A DNA stretch of 64,000 bases. Source: Eledone cirrhosa. Its lineage: Eukaryota. How positions within the stretch are numbered: position 1 is the stretch's first letter; every line of letters starts with the position of its first letter. The notes below the pieces were generated by a model, which saw only the letters and a list, made by a program, of their open reading frames with translations, was not told where the DNA came from and did no database searches. Below, piece after piece: positions 43,571-58,497 of the stretch. The position numbers were made by a program, and so were the translations under genes. The DNA lies in contig OZ024744.1 in NCBI GenBank assembly GCA_964016885.1, positions 41,044,001-41,108,000 on the forward strand, written 5' to 3'.

Positions 43571-44541
43571 AACCAAATAAATATATATATTTAAAAAAAA
43601 AAGACTCCAATTGCATTTTCGATTTCATCTTTTTTCCTTATACTTTCACTCGTGTAGGACATGTCGTTTTTTTTCATTTTGTAGAAAAAAACCTCACTTT
43701 CTAATATATATCATCATCATCATCGTTTAACGTCTATCTTCCACGCTAGCATGGGTTTATATATATATATATAAATATATATACATAGGTGTGTTTGTAT
43801 GTTTTCATCTACTGTTTGTTTATGTCCAGTAACTTAGTAGTAGATCAACAAAAAGAGATCTGCGACATAAGTAGCAGGCTTGAAAAAAAGTACTTAGGTA
43901 GATATGTTCAGTAAACACAAATATATATATCGTAATGAGTTACAGCCATCTAAATCACCCACATGTTTAAAAGAAAATAACATTGTTAAAAGAAAAAACA
44001 AAAGTTATGAATAACAAAATAATGTTGACATCAATATATAAAGTAAATTCTCCTTTAAAGTCAAAGAAAGAATTTTTATCAAGATGTCTTTAGTAATTAG
44101 CAAATGGAAGATAAATGAAGTGACGTTGTGCGTAATTTCCTCACCCTTTGAAATGAATATCTTTCTAAATGACACATCTTAATGCTCAGAGCTAAATATG
44201 AAATCAATGAGATATATGGTAATTAAGTTCTACTTTTCAATAACTGGAAATTAAATATTCTAGATTGGATAAAATAAATGTGGGTGGCAATAAAAAGATA
44301 TAATAGATGCACATAAGATTTCTTATTCTTACAACATGGCAATGCCAAAATGTTTCAGCAAAGTGTGTGCTCGCTAAACTTCTTTGGGGAAAGAAGACAT
44401 TTTCTAGGCTACTACAAGCATAAGATCACAACTTAATATCAACATCCTTTTCTTTTCTTCCTCCCCATCCCCTCCTCCACCTCCCACCCTCCTCCTCCTC
44501 ACCATCATCATCATCATCACCACCACCACCACCACCATCAC

Positions 44542-44578
<37 letters not shown>

Positions 44579-45262
44579 GTCGTCCGCCTCCTCCTCATCA
44601 TCATCATCATCATTCAATGTCCATTTCCCCAGTTAGCATGGGTTAAACGTATCATTATACATTAAGTCAGTACTTAATCAGAGTCTCAGACCTCTCTGAT
44701 GGGCTGAAGCTGCATCTCATTTACATATGTTCTCACTCTGCAGAGTGCACTGTGCATGTTTTTGACATCTTTCAACTCTTTCTTTGACTAGTTTTCTCTA
44801 CAACAGCTATAATAATTGCTATAATAATGCAAACATAAGAGAAGCATGACATAGATAAGGAAATAGTGTAGTCAATACAAATCAAATTATTTCTCACAGA
44901 AAATAAAATCATTCTCTCTTCTATCCACATATATACACCAGGTTTGAACACTAAAGAACCAAACTCCCACTGTCACTGCCTCCGTCTCTCCCACTCTCCC
45001 CATCTCTCACTATTGTGAGCAAATGGGGGTCCACTCATTAGCCTGCCTATCACCAACATCTTTACACATTGTTTGAAGTAATTATTAACGTCATGTGATA
45101 AAATTAAATTTAGGTGTGATTTAAAAGTTGAATAATGCTAATAAGTAAACATGAAAATCATGTTTTTTTTTTAATTCAAAATTGACCCTTGTCATAGAAT
45201 GGTATCTTCCAATGGCAAATTTCTGTAAATCATCATCGTCGCCACCGCCGTTGCCGTCGTTA

Positions 45263-45300
<38 letters not shown>

Positions 45301-45304
45301 GTCA

Positions 45305-45600
45305 TAATACTTTTTGCAACCATTTTCCCACACTTACATAGGCTGAACGGGTCCTTTTCAACAGAGTATCTCTCCATTCATTGCATTCCTTTGTCTTCTC
45401 CTCTGTGAGTCTCAGTGATTTCAGATCAACTCTCAGCACTTCCACCCAGGTCTTCCTTGGTCTACCTCTACTGCAGCTTCCTTCCACTGGGATTTCATGT
45501 CAATTCTTCATCCAGTAACCATCACCCATGGACATCTCATATCCACACCAATGCAGCACTCTTCTCTCTTGCACATCTCTTCAGATTCCTCTTTTACCCA
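45305..45600 (-). mobile_element. RTE LINE 3' end
   Basis: EGSCSRGRPRKTWVEVLRVDL. Confidence 0.75.
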
Positions 45601-45759
45601 GTTTCTAATTCAGTTTTTATCCAAGTAAATTTATTTTACTCAAAAGACATTCAACTTTAAAAACTTCTAGAATGGGCCATTAAACTAACAGGAATGCAGC
45701 ACTATTTCTACTGATAGTGCTCTGACACTGCACCACTACCACCACCACCACAACAACAC

Positions 45760-45815
<56 letters not shown>

Positions 45816-45876
45816 GTTGTTGTTGTTGTTGTTGCTGCTGCTACTGCTGCTTGTGCTGCTGTTGCTACTGCTGCTG

Positions 45877-45944
<68 letters not shown>

Positions 45945-45954
45945 GCTGCTGCTG

Positions 45955-45986
<32 letters not shown>

Positions 45987-46304
45987 ATATACAACTATAT
46001 ATATATATATATATACAAGAAAGTATGTCAATAGAATCATTTGATAAAATATATACAGTATTTCCTCTCCCAATCAGCATAATCAATGACACAAAAAATC
46101 AATTAAACAAGGCTATAAGATTAAAAGGCACCTATGAAGAAACAATAGATAAATAAACAATAGCTATCTATCCGCAATCAACAGCCACAGAATATTTACC
46201 CAGTATTTCTAATAGCACGTGGAAATCGATTAGATATATCGCCAACTATACACAATTAGGTACAAAATCAAAGTTAGAAGAAAAATGTATATAAGCATAC
46301 CAAA

Positions 46305-46360
<56 letters not shown>

Positions 46361-46514
46361 AGGGAGTGTAACTTGGAGTTACTATAGGTTCATCTGGGTG
46401 AGCACTCGATGTTTAGGTTCACTTCAGTGTCAAGGTGTAGAGCTAGACAGAGTGTATTATAGTGAAATAAAATAACAAGGACGATTGGTTACTCCTTCAT
46501 TACGTTTATTGGTT

Positions 46515-46599
46515 GGTGACGCACGTTTCGTCACTGACCAGCTGAAGGTTTGATCTGTATCGATCTGACCTGACTCTGTAATCCGCGGCTCGTCAGACC
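46515..46599 (-). ncRNA. Hammerhead ribozyme with long stem II
   Basis: GGT-CTGACGA-GCCGC...GTGAC-GAAAC gtgc GTC-ACC-AACC-AATAAA, in a ~260-bp island between (TA)n runs. Confidence 0.8.
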
Positions 46600-46616
46600 C
46601 CTTACAATGGTAATGG

Positions 46617-46658
<42 letters not shown>

Positions 46659-48109
46659 CAAGGAGACAACAAACAGAGGTACAACATTTTTATTAGTTTC
46701 AAACTTTATATTGGAAAGAGGAAAGAAAGTTTGATGTGATGAGCTTAATATTTATATATATCATCATCATCATCATCATCATGTTTTACATCCATTTTTC
46801 AATGCTAGCAAGGGTTAGCTGAGTTGTCCCATTAAGACAGAAGCCAGGTCAGATGACCATGCCTTGGTATGGTCATCTGACCTGGCTACAGTACTGATTT
46901 GGGCTTGGTTTCTACAGCTGGATATTTACAGTGTGTACTGGGCACTTTTTGTTGGAGACAGTTGCTTCTGACAGGACCCACCGAAGGGAGTGTTTGAGGA
47001 CTCTGTCCCCACGACCCTCTGAAGAAGAAGAAGAAGAAGAAGAAGAAGAAGAAGAAGAAGAAGAAGAAGAAGAAGAAGAAGAAGAAGAAGAAGAAGAAGA
47101 AGAAGAAGAAGAAGAAGAAGAAGAAGGAGGAGGAGGAGGAGGAGGAGGAGGATTTGATCTCTAGACAAAAAGAGCCAGAACAAATACGAGCATAGCAATT
47201 TGTCCACCACTGTCCACAATGGTTTCTGATTTAGGTACAAGGTCAGCAATTTTGGGGAGGGGAAAGTCGATTAGATCAACCCCAGTGAGTGACTGGCACT
47301 TTATTTTATCAACACTGTAAGGATGAAAGACAAAGCTAACCTCAGCAGATTTGGACCATAACTCTATGCCGCAAAGCATGTTGTCTGATGCTCTACCGAT
47401 ACTGCCAATCCACCACCATCACCGCTGTCTATAATGAGAGAAACTAGCACAAAAGAAGAATGATTCTTAAGGAAGTTTTTGTGAATGTTTTACGTTTTTA
47501 ATTCTAATCTTTTACTTTCTAATCTATTTCTTTTCTTATAAACCAATCACGTAAAATAAAGAATGAGATTCAGAAATTGAAGTTAGATGACGAATTTTTA
47601 AACATTGTTTAGTGAACAGGATTCTAATATATTAGCTCATGCATACGAATATCTTAGAGAAAATCATAAAAACACAAATGAAAAGAAATACATTGAGATT
47701 TTATGTATGTAATACTAAGTATATATAGGCATTAGAAAATAGCAAGAGTAACAAGAGCAACAATAACAGTAGTTAGAAAGAAAGAAAAACAGAAATGTAT
47801 ACGAAAGAAGAACAGAGACAATGTTTGGAATAACAACTGAATGAGGAAATAAACTCTTACTGGTAGTCTTATTGAACATAAACATAGACATAGACATGGA
47901 TATAGACACATGGAAATGGATCGACACATGGACACCCACCCTTATATACTCACTGTAAATGAGGTTGGTGTTAGGAAGGGCATCCAGCTGTAGAAATCAA
48001 CCCAGAATCAGTTCCTGTATGAGCAAGACAAGGTCAGCCAACCGGACACTGCCCACAACAGGACAACCCGTCTAACCCATGCTAGTGTGGAAGAACGGAT
48101 GTAAAACGG

Positions 48110-48140
<31 letters not shown>

Positions 48141-48286
48141 ATATAAAACTATATCCTAATCCTCCCAGCAAAATACACATATACATGTTTTTATATGCTA
48201 TATCCTCATTTACACATGCTTCTACACCAGCCAGTGCATACTTACGTACAAGACTAAATTCGTAAATATTATTATTACTTTTACTT

Positions 48287-48480
48287 TAGGGCGGTGGATT
48301 GGCAGTATCAGTAGAGGGTCGGACGCCATGCTTTCCAGCACAGTTACGTCCCTTTACGATCTGAGTTCAAATCCCGCCGAGGTTGACTTTACCTTTCATC
48401 CTTACGGGGTCGATAAAATAAGGTACCAGTAATGCACTGGGTAAATGCTGGCCTTGTGCCTAAAGTAGAAACAATTATTA
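48287..48480 (+). mobile_element. tRNA-derived SINE, full length (MetaSINE-like)
   Basis: A-box TGGCAGTATCAGTAG, B-box GAGTTCAAATCCC, core cctttcatccttacggggtcgataaaat, (ATT)n tail. Confidence 0.85.
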
Positions 48481-50319
48481 TTACTTTTACTATACCTTCA
48501 GTTCTTTTTGTTTAATTATTTTACTTTTGTTAACATTATTTTTCATACATGCTAGCTGGAAATCACTCAGCTATTCTAAAAAGAATATTAGACTTCTGAT
48601 TTTTTTATAGAAAAATATGTTTTTTTCATGGTTTTTCACTCTGTATAATGACATAATTATTCTTGCATATATTTCACCCATCGCAAGAGAGTGTCTTCAC
48701 ATACCACAGTTATGTCTTCCTGTTTTATTTTGGTCATAAAGTTTTTTGAAATATTTACTTCTGCATCTACAGTTTGATTTTTCTCAGTTTCAGAAGATCC
48801 CATGTAGGATGAAAGCAGAAATTCTTTTCTTAACCCTTTAGCATTTAAACCGGCCGGATGCGGCCAGAATTCTATCACCTCTTTCTGTTCAAGCCATCCG
48901 TAACTGGCCACTCACACCGATGTTAAGGAATTGTTTTCAAAATAAATGATAACATCATCAAAATCTTGTAGATTCAATGTAAATAATTATATGAGATAAA
49001 GCCTTTACTGCGAAAATACAATCTATATCTATATATATAAAACTGTGGTTGTCTGTCTGTCTATCGATTTTCGGCACACATCTCCTCTTAGAATCTCTCA
49101 CGGAATTGCACCGAAATTGCTATACTTGTACATTGAGCCCTAGCGAAGGCATCGGAAAAAAAATTTCAAATTGACCCGCCCTATGTGACGAAATCGAATA
49201 TAATGTATCGATTTTTGAGCGTAAGTGATCAGTTATTTCCCTTTGTTCTGTTTACATTGAGCGTCTTACGTAAAAAATTACAATACACGAACAGTTGTCG
49301 AGCCAGCAAAATATTGACCTGCAAAATTCATCAGTTCGAACACTAAGCTTCCGTTTTGCTTCATTTCCATTTAAAAGCATTTTAAAACAATATTTTTACT
49401 TGAAAACAAGTCTATTTAAAGACTACGTAAAACAAGCAAATATTTCGTCGTTAGGCGTGCAGACAGACAGTCGTGCAGAGAGGTGATATAGGCGTGCAGA
49501 CAGACATAACTGATAATTTGGTTACGCTAATATTTTTCTCTGCGTTGCAATGTTTACATTTTCGATCTTTGTTAATAAATAACCAGTGCAGTTTCTATCC
49601 CCAGCATCCTCTTTTGTTATAACATTCGGGTTATCGTTATGTTTTCTTAACTTCATAAGGCATATTGTTGGTTGAGGGAATATTAATCAAAAACACGCTT
49701 CATTTCCATTTAAAAGCATTTTAAAACAATATTTTTACTTGAAAACAAGTCTATTTAAAGACTACGTAAAACAAGCAAATATTTCGTCGTTAGGCGTGCA
49801 GACAGACAGTCGTGCAGACAGACAGTCGTGCAGAGAGGTGATATAGGCGTGCAGATAGACAGTCATGCAGAGAGGTGATATAGGCGTGCAGACAGACAGT
49901 CATGCAGAGAGGTGATATAGGCGATTATTTCCCTTTTATGGAATGAGCAGACGATTAGCGAATGTGCAGACGATTAAGTAAATCTTTAGTAGAGTGAATT
50001 GGAATCTCCAGTTTGTTTAATAGATTCATTTGCACTGTACTGCCTTTGTATGCTACAACGCTTTAAAAGTTCGGCGAGTTCATTACTTCGTAAGTTATTG
50101 ATATTTATTTTTTTATTACGACGGTTAGCAAACTTTCCCTATTAAACGTTTGGATTATTTTCAGTATAAGTTGGTTGATTTCACTATGGCGTTGGCGGTT
50201 AGGCCTTCTACTTAAATTAATTTTACGGTCTTATAAGGCTGAATTTACTTTAATTTCATTTTATCTTGACGAAATGGAGGGATTGTTTGTTTTAGGTTTC
50301 AATCGTGACCACCACCCTG

Positions 50320-53300
50320 ATGCCTAAAAAAAGGACACCCTTATTACGACTGACGCGGTCTCAGATAACAAAAAGAAGGAGGCTGACTGAGGTGTCGTCG
50401 AGCATTAGACAGCCTGAAATAGCGGGGTGTTCAGTGATTACAACAGCTCTGTCTATCGATGAGCGTTGCTTGAGTCAACAGGACAGAAATGCTGCTTCCA
50501 TTGCACCTTCACAGGCAACTGAGAATTATGACGAATGTTTATTCCGACGCACCAGAAATGCTTCTTCAACTGCATCCTTATGTGCTGCAGTGAAACACGT
50601 GGAACGTCAAACTCAGCTTGCAAGAAATGCAACGGCAAAAGCAGCTACGCGAGCTGCAGAGAATGATGTTCAACGTAAACTCCGTCAAAGCAGAGATGCG
50701 GCTGTTACTGCAACTGTTCGAGCTGCAGAGAATGCTATTGAACGTATACTTCGTCAGGGCAGAGATGCGGCTGCTACTGCAGCTGCGCGAGAAGCGGAGA
50801 CAGCAGGTAACCGAACTATTCGACTGGGGGGTGTTTTTCAGTTTAAAGCCAATAAGCGGGGTATTTCGAGGGCTGCGAAATCACGGTGGTCATTGCAGGC
50901 TTTCAATTATGTCCCCGCTAATAATTATGCTACACACCTTCATATTCAAATTGGTGACATGTCTGGAATTTGCCAGTTTTGCAAAGCTAAAAAGTGGCCG
51001 GGCGAACCAGCCGGAATGTGCTGCTCTAATGGTAAGGTCAACTTGCACCCTCCTAGAGATCCACCACAGCCATTGAGGCTTCTTCTTACAGGCACCCATT
51101 CACTCTCCAGAGCTTTCCTTCTAGATATTCGACATTATAATTGTGCCTTCCAAATGACATCTTTTGGATCGAGTTATGAATATGAAGGTGGATTTATGCC
51201 CACTTTCAAAGTTCAAGGTCAGGTTTATCATCTTATCGGATCACTGGAGCCTGTAGATAATAAAGAGCCCCGATTTCTCCAGGTCTACTTCATGTCCAAC
51301 TGCCTTCAACAAGCTACAAGGCGAAATACATTTGCCTTCCCAAAAGAAAAAACAAATAACTTAACTGACTGTCCACAAGCAACAAGGAAATATTCAATTG
51401 CCTATGACACTAGACAGGAGCTCCTTTTTGAACTTCAAGACATGCTTCATAGTCACAACAGCTATGTTCAGAGCTTTAAATATGCATTAGAAACAGCTCC
51501 TGTTGATAATTACTATGTTGTCATTGATGCTGACAAGCGGCCATCTGGAGAACATGCAGGCCGCTATAATTCACCTTCTTTGAATGAGGTTGCGATACTT
51601 CTCGCTGGTGATCAGCACAACAAACGTGACATTGTTATCAAGCATCGCGACCACGGACTTCAACGGATCAGTGAAACACACAGATCATACGACTCACTCC
51701 AATACCCACTGCTTTTTGTATATGGAGAGGATGGATACCATTTTGGCATTCCACAATGTAACTCTACCAATTCAGAGGTTCATTCTACCAAAACAGTTTC
51801 ATGCAAGGACTTCTATGCATTTCGATTCATGATCCGAGATGACTGTTTTAATCACCTCCACCGCTCTCAAGACCTTTTCAACCAGTATGCAACTGACATG
51901 TGTGCAAAAATGGAATCAGAGAGATTGTGTTTTATCAAACTCAATCAAAAAAAGTTGCGTTGTGACAGCTACATACACCTTCGGGATGGAATGAACAATG
52001 ATGCGGATCCTGAGAGTCTTGGAAAAGTATGCATTCTGCCCTCTACCTTCACGGGAAGCCCTCGATATATGCATGAAATGACTCAGGACGCCATGACAAT
52101 TGTACGACATTACGGTAGGCCAGACTTATTCATAACTTTTACATGTAACCCCAATTGGAAGGAGATTGAGGACGAACTCCTTCCTGGTGAGAACACCACA
52201 CGCCGACATGATCTCGCAGCTAGAGTATTCCGACTTAAGTTACTTAAGCTTATGGATCTTATGAAATTAGGTGAGGTTTTCGGACCAGTTCAATGTGACA
52301 TGTACACAATCGAATGGCAAAAAAGGGGCCTCCCCTATGCTCATATTCTTATTTGGCTGACAACAAAGGTTAGTTCTAACGACATTGACAGGATCATCTC
52401 TGCAGAATTACCAGATCCTTCCACTGACAAGGACTTGTACATGAAAGTTAGGGCACATATGGTGCATGGTCCATGTGGGCCTGGCTTTAGAACCGACTTA
52501 CCATGCGTTACAGGCAATAAAAGATGCACTAAAAAATTTCCCCGTCAATTTATTCGCGATACTCAGACTGGCAATGATGGCTACCCATTATATAGACGTA
52601 GGCGACCTGAAGATGGAGGTTTTACGGCTAGGGTTAAGAATGGCGAGGTTGACAACAGATGGATCATTCCCTGTTGTCCACTCCTGCTCAGTACTTTCAA
52701 CGCACACATTAATGTTGAATTCTGTAGCTCCGTCAAGTGCATCAAATACATATGTAAGTATATTAATAAAGGTTCTGACGCTGCTTCGTTCGGTATACTC
52801 AACGAAAACAATAGAGACGAAGTAACACAATTCCAAGTAGGTCGATACATAAGTAGTAGCGAGGCCTTTTGGCGAATCTTTGGTTTTCCAATACATGATA
52901 GGCACCCTTCAATTGTAAAATTAGATGTACACCTAGAACACGGTCAACGGGTGTATTATACCAATGAAAATGCCACTGAATTAGCACAGACCCCAAGGGA
53001 GACAACTTTAACTGGATTCTTCAAACTGTGCAAATACGATGAGTTCGCAAAATCATTGCTGTATCCTCAGGTGCCATCATACTACACATGGAATAAAAAA
53101 ACATGGTGTCGCAGAAAGACTGGCCAACCAGTTATTGGAGTTCCTGGAATCAAATTCACTAATTGCTTGGGGCGAGTGTATACGATTCCTCCAAATCAAC
53201 ACAGTTGCTTTTATCTTCGAATGCTACTGCATGAGGTCAAAGGACCGACCAGTTTTCAGGACCTCAGAACTTTCAGTAATCGTGTTTGGTCTACATACAG

Positions 53301-55091
53301 AGATGCCTGTTTGGCTCGTGGAATGCTTGAAGATGACTCACGATGGGATGCAACCTTGGTGGAGATCGCTTCATCACACTCAGCTGGAAGCCTACGAGAG
53401 GTCTTTGCAAAGCTTCTTCACTTATGTAACATTTGTGATCCCTACACATTATGGTTGAAGTTTCGGAACCAACTGTCTGAGGACTTCCTTCACCAGGCTC
53501 AACTACTACTTCCTGACATAGAAATAGATTTCAGTGATGATTTATACAATAAAGGGCTTATAGATATAGAGGACAGGATTTTCCTTATGGGTGGGAATGC
53601 CTTGCCAGCATACGGTCTTCCACAAACCCACCGCACTGATTCTAATAAAATTCCAATTCTCATCATCCAAGAAACATCTTATGATGTCGATGCTCTAGCT
53701 AGATATGTGTTTGAAATGGAATCAAAACTACTTCCTGATCAACAATTAGCATACAACACTATCACTGATTATGTATCTCATCGATCGGGTGGTATCTTCT
53801 TTCTTGATGCCCCTGGAGGCACTGGAAAAACCTTTGTGACTAAACTTATTCTTGCCAAAGTTAGACAGAATGAAGTTATCGCAATAGCTGTTGCATCATC
53901 TGGTATTGCTGCAACACTACTTCCTGGCGGCAGGACAGCACACTCTACCTTTAAGCTTCCGCTTAACTTGGTATCAGCTGAAACACCGCTCTGTGACATC
54001 ACCAAGGATAGTCCCAGAGCAGAACAGCTACGGCGGTGCCAACTGATTGTGTGGGATGAATGTACCATGGCTCACAAAGGAGCTATTGAGGCCTTAGATA
54101 GAACGCTAAAAGACATTAGAGACTGTCAGGAGACCATGGGGGGTGTAACTCTTTTGCTTTCAGGGGACTTTCGACAAACTTTGCCGGTTATTCCAAAGGG
54201 CACCAGAGCGGATCAAGTTCGGGCCTGCCTGAAGTCTTCTCCATTGTGGCAACAGGTAACAACACTTCGTCTGACCACTAACATGCGTATTCAACTGCAT
54301 GGCGATACTGTGTCTGAAAAATTTGCTGAAGACCTTCTCATTCTTGGCGACGGCAAAGTACCTTCAGATGTGCATAGAGACATTGCACTCGACAATATAT
54401 GCTGTCTGGTTAACACTGTCGAAGATCTCAAGGCAGCCGTTTTTCCCAGCTTGGTAGATAATTACCGCAATCATGCGTGGCTGTGTGAGAGGGCTATATT
54501 AGCTCCTACAAATGTCACTGTCTCCGCCATTAATCGCCAAATGCTTGAAAGTCTTCCTGGAAATGATATGACTTTTAAGTCTATTGATACCAATGTTGAT
54601 CCACATGATGCGGTCAGTTATCCCATTGAATTCCTCAATTCATTGGACATTCCTGGTCTACCTCAACATATTTTGTCTCTCAAGGAAGGATGTCCAGTTA
54701 TACTCTCAGGAATATAACTCCTCCCAAGCTTTGCAATGGTACACGCCTTGTTGTCAATAGGATGTCACAGCACATTATTTATGCTACGATTATGTCAGGG
54801 TGTGGAAAAGGAGAAGATGTTTTAATACCTATGGTAACTCTTACTACATCAGGAGTGGATGCACCCTATTCTTTTAAAAGAACTCAATTTCCCCTTCGTG
54901 CTGCCTTTGCTATGTCCATCAACAAGTCCCAGGGTCAGACTTTATCTGTTGCAGGACTTCACCTGGAGGAACCATGTTTCTCACATGGACAATTCTACGT
55001 TGGATGTTCTCGAGTTGGCAGCCGGAATAACCTTTTTGCCTTTGCTCCAAATGGAAAAACAAAGAATATTGTATATCGTGAGTTTTTATAG
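50320..55091 (+). CDS. Helitron RepHel protein (Zn finger, HUH/Y2 Rep, Pif1-like helicase); one frameshift near 54705
   Basis: CQFC..MCC; PDLFITFTCNP; EWQKRGLPYAHIL; KYICKYINKG; DAPGGTGKT; IVWDECTM; GDFRQTLPV; after the shift LRNI..LCNGTRL, QFPLRAAFAMSINKSQGQT. Confidence 0.95.
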
Positions 55092-56070
55092 AGTTTTTAT
55101 GTTCAAAATGGCAATGTTACACCAACTGCCTTAAATATATAGCATCTACGAAACCTGAAAAAAGGAGACTTATTCAACATTGACGCAGTGCATTCTATTG
55201 ACACCTAGACATACCTTTCAGTGCATTTGCAGAGTAAATTACAGTTGCCAATGCAACAGTGAATCACTTCTCATTTGAATTTTCTACCATTGTACAAATA
55301 TATGTCAAACAACAGAACTATATACAAACTTATTCGCACTTCGTATTTGCACACACCGCCATCATATGCACCCACACATACGCCCACACACAGTTAAAAG
55401 AACGACATACATGCGTGCTCATGCATTAACACACACGCGACATCAGCAACTTCGAAACTGACGACACGACGCCAACTTCTTAACAAGCACAACGCCTCTG
55501 ACACCATAGGACACATCACGAGACCTATAGGCCCGGCATTGCTTGCAAGTCAAAGTGGACTCTGGAATTGATGCTTTCGATTGTTAAGGACACCCTCCAG
55601 TCGCTGACAAGTCCGGCGTTTAATACGTAGACACACACAACTTGCCGCATACATACACAGATTGTTTCCGTCATTTCTTTCATTGTTTCAATATGCATTC
55701 CGACATGGACAACAAGCGACAACAGCATTTCTGGTGCGTCAAAGTAAACTTTCGTCATCCTTCTCAGTTGCACCTGAAGATGCAATGGAAGCAGCATTTC
55801 TGTTTTGTTGATTTTAGTGATTCTTTTTGGTGAATATGGCTTTTGCTGCAGCTATCCATTTCGCATGCTGTGGCTGTCTATAATCTGCCCGTCAAACTCA
55901 CCATGGGTATGTTATGAGCTCTTCATACTTTATACTTAAACATCTGAGCTATTACATTGTCAATATTTTTTATCACAAGTGCAAACCTATTTGATGCTGC
56001 CTGCCCCTCGACTTCAGATAACGCATTTTTTTTTTGTTCTTCATGTCCATCCAATTTCTTTGTTTCAAAA

Positions 56071-57530
56071 TAACTGATAATTTGGTTACGCTAATGTTTT
56101 TCTCTGCGTTGCCGTGTTTACATTTTCGATCTTTGTTAATAAATAACCAGTGCAGTTTCTATCCCCAGCATCCTCTTTTGTTATAACATTCGGGTTATCG
56201 TTATGTTTTCTTACCTTCATAAGGCATATTGTTGGTTGAAGGAATATTAATCAAAAACACCACATGCAAGTCTGCACAGTAGACACTACAGTTTTTAAGC
56301 CAAGAAAGAAACTTAACATTGTAACTTTTATTGACCTGCAAAATTCATCAGTTCGAACACTAAGCTTCCGTGTTGCTTCATTTCCATTTAAAAGCATTTT
56401 AAAACAATATTTTTACTTGAAAACAAGTCTATTTAAAGACTACGTAAAACAAGCAAATATTTCGTCGTTAGGCGTGCAGACAGACAGTCGTGCAGACAGA
56501 CAGTCGTGCAGAGAGGTGATATACGCGTGCAGACAGATAGTCGTGCAGAGAGGTGATATAGGCGTGCAGACAGACAGTCATGCAGAGAGGTGATATAGGC
56601 GTGCAGACAGACAGTCGTGCAGAGAGGTGATATAGGCGTGCAGACAGACATAACTGATAATTTGGTTACGCTAATGTTTTTCTCTGCGTTGCAGTGTTTA
56701 CATTTTCGATCTTTGTTAATAAATAACCAGTGCAGTTTCTATCCCCAGCATCCTCTTTTGTTATAACATTCGGGTTATCGTTATGTTTTCTTAACTTCAT
56801 AAGGCATATTGTTGGTTGAGGGAATATTAATCAAAAACACCACATGCAAGTCTGCACAGTAGACACTACAGTTTTTAAGCCAAGAAAGAAACTTAACATT
56901 GTAACTTTAACACAGCTTCATCAGTTCGAACACTAAGCTTCCGTTTTGCTTCATTTCCATTTAAAAGCCTTTTAAAACAATATTTTTACTTGAAAACAAG
57001 TCTATTTAAAGACTACGTAAAACAAGCAAATATTTCGTAAAAAAAAAGCAAAAATTATATAAGTTTATTTAAAATATATGTATCTGTAAATTTCGTTAGG
57101 CGTGCAGACAGACAGTCGTGCAGAGAGGTGATATAGGCGTGCAGACAGACAGTCGTGCAGAGAGGTGATATAGGCGTGCAGACAGACAGTCGTGCAGAGA
57201 GGTGATATAGGCGTGCAGACAGACAGTCGTGCAGAGAGGTGATATAGGCGTGCAGACAGACATAACTGATAATTTGGTTACGCTAATGTTTTTCTCTGCG
57301 TTGCAGTGTTTACATTTTCGATCTTTGTTAATAAATAACCAGTGCAGTTTTTATCCCCAGCATCCTCTTTTGTTATAACATTCGGGTTATCGTTATGTTT
57401 TCTTAACTTCATAAGGCATATTGTTTGTTGAGGGAATATTAATCAAAAACACCACATGCAAGTCTGCACAGTAGACACTACAGTTTTTAAGCCAAAAAAG
57501 AAAATTAACATTGTAACTTTAACACAGCTA
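56071..57530 (+). repeat. ~2.5 tandem ~580-610-bp units with an internal 37-bp minisatellite; also present at 49312-49925
   Basis: taactgataatttggttacg at ~49508, 56071, 56651, 57263; unit aggcgtgcagacagacagtcgtgcagagaggtgatat. Confidence 0.92.
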
Positions 57531-57567
57531 CTGAGCGACCCCGAGCAACGCCGGGCTTTACTGCTAG

Positions 57568-58324
<757 letters not shown>

Positions 58325-58452
58325 TAGTAAATATAGAGTAATGTGAATGCTAAAGGGTTAAACTTTAATCTGTACTAATAATAATATATATATAGATATA
58401 TAGCTATAAATAAATTATACAATTATCAAAGTTGTGTTCAATTCATTTAATA

Positions 58453-58497
58453 GCTGACAATCGTTTCTTCCAAACCCTCGTTTGGGGTCATCGGAGC
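58453..58497 (-). ncRNA. Hammerhead ribozyme, U4C core
   Basis: GCT-CCGATGA-CC CCAAAC gagg GTTTGG AA-GAAAC gatt GTC-AGC; flanked by ~29-bp inverted repeats 58415-58443 / 58535-58564. Confidence 0.8.

Larger units (their letters stand above)
49028..57567 (+). mobile_element. Autonomous-type Helitron, complete termini
   Basis: 5' TCTATATATATAAAACTG; 3' hairpin CCCGAGCAACGCCGGG then CTAG; inserted between A and T. Confidence 0.93.

Noticed and set aside
44404-47164. Poly-D/S/L/E ORFs
   Set aside because: Trinucleotide microsatellites
48287-48380. tRNA gene
   Set aside because: A/B boxes belong to a multi-copy SINE head; no cloverleaf
56470-57260. 37-bp repeats resembling a CRISPR array
   Set aside because: Contiguous units without unique spacers, no cas genes, inside a eukaryotic Helitron
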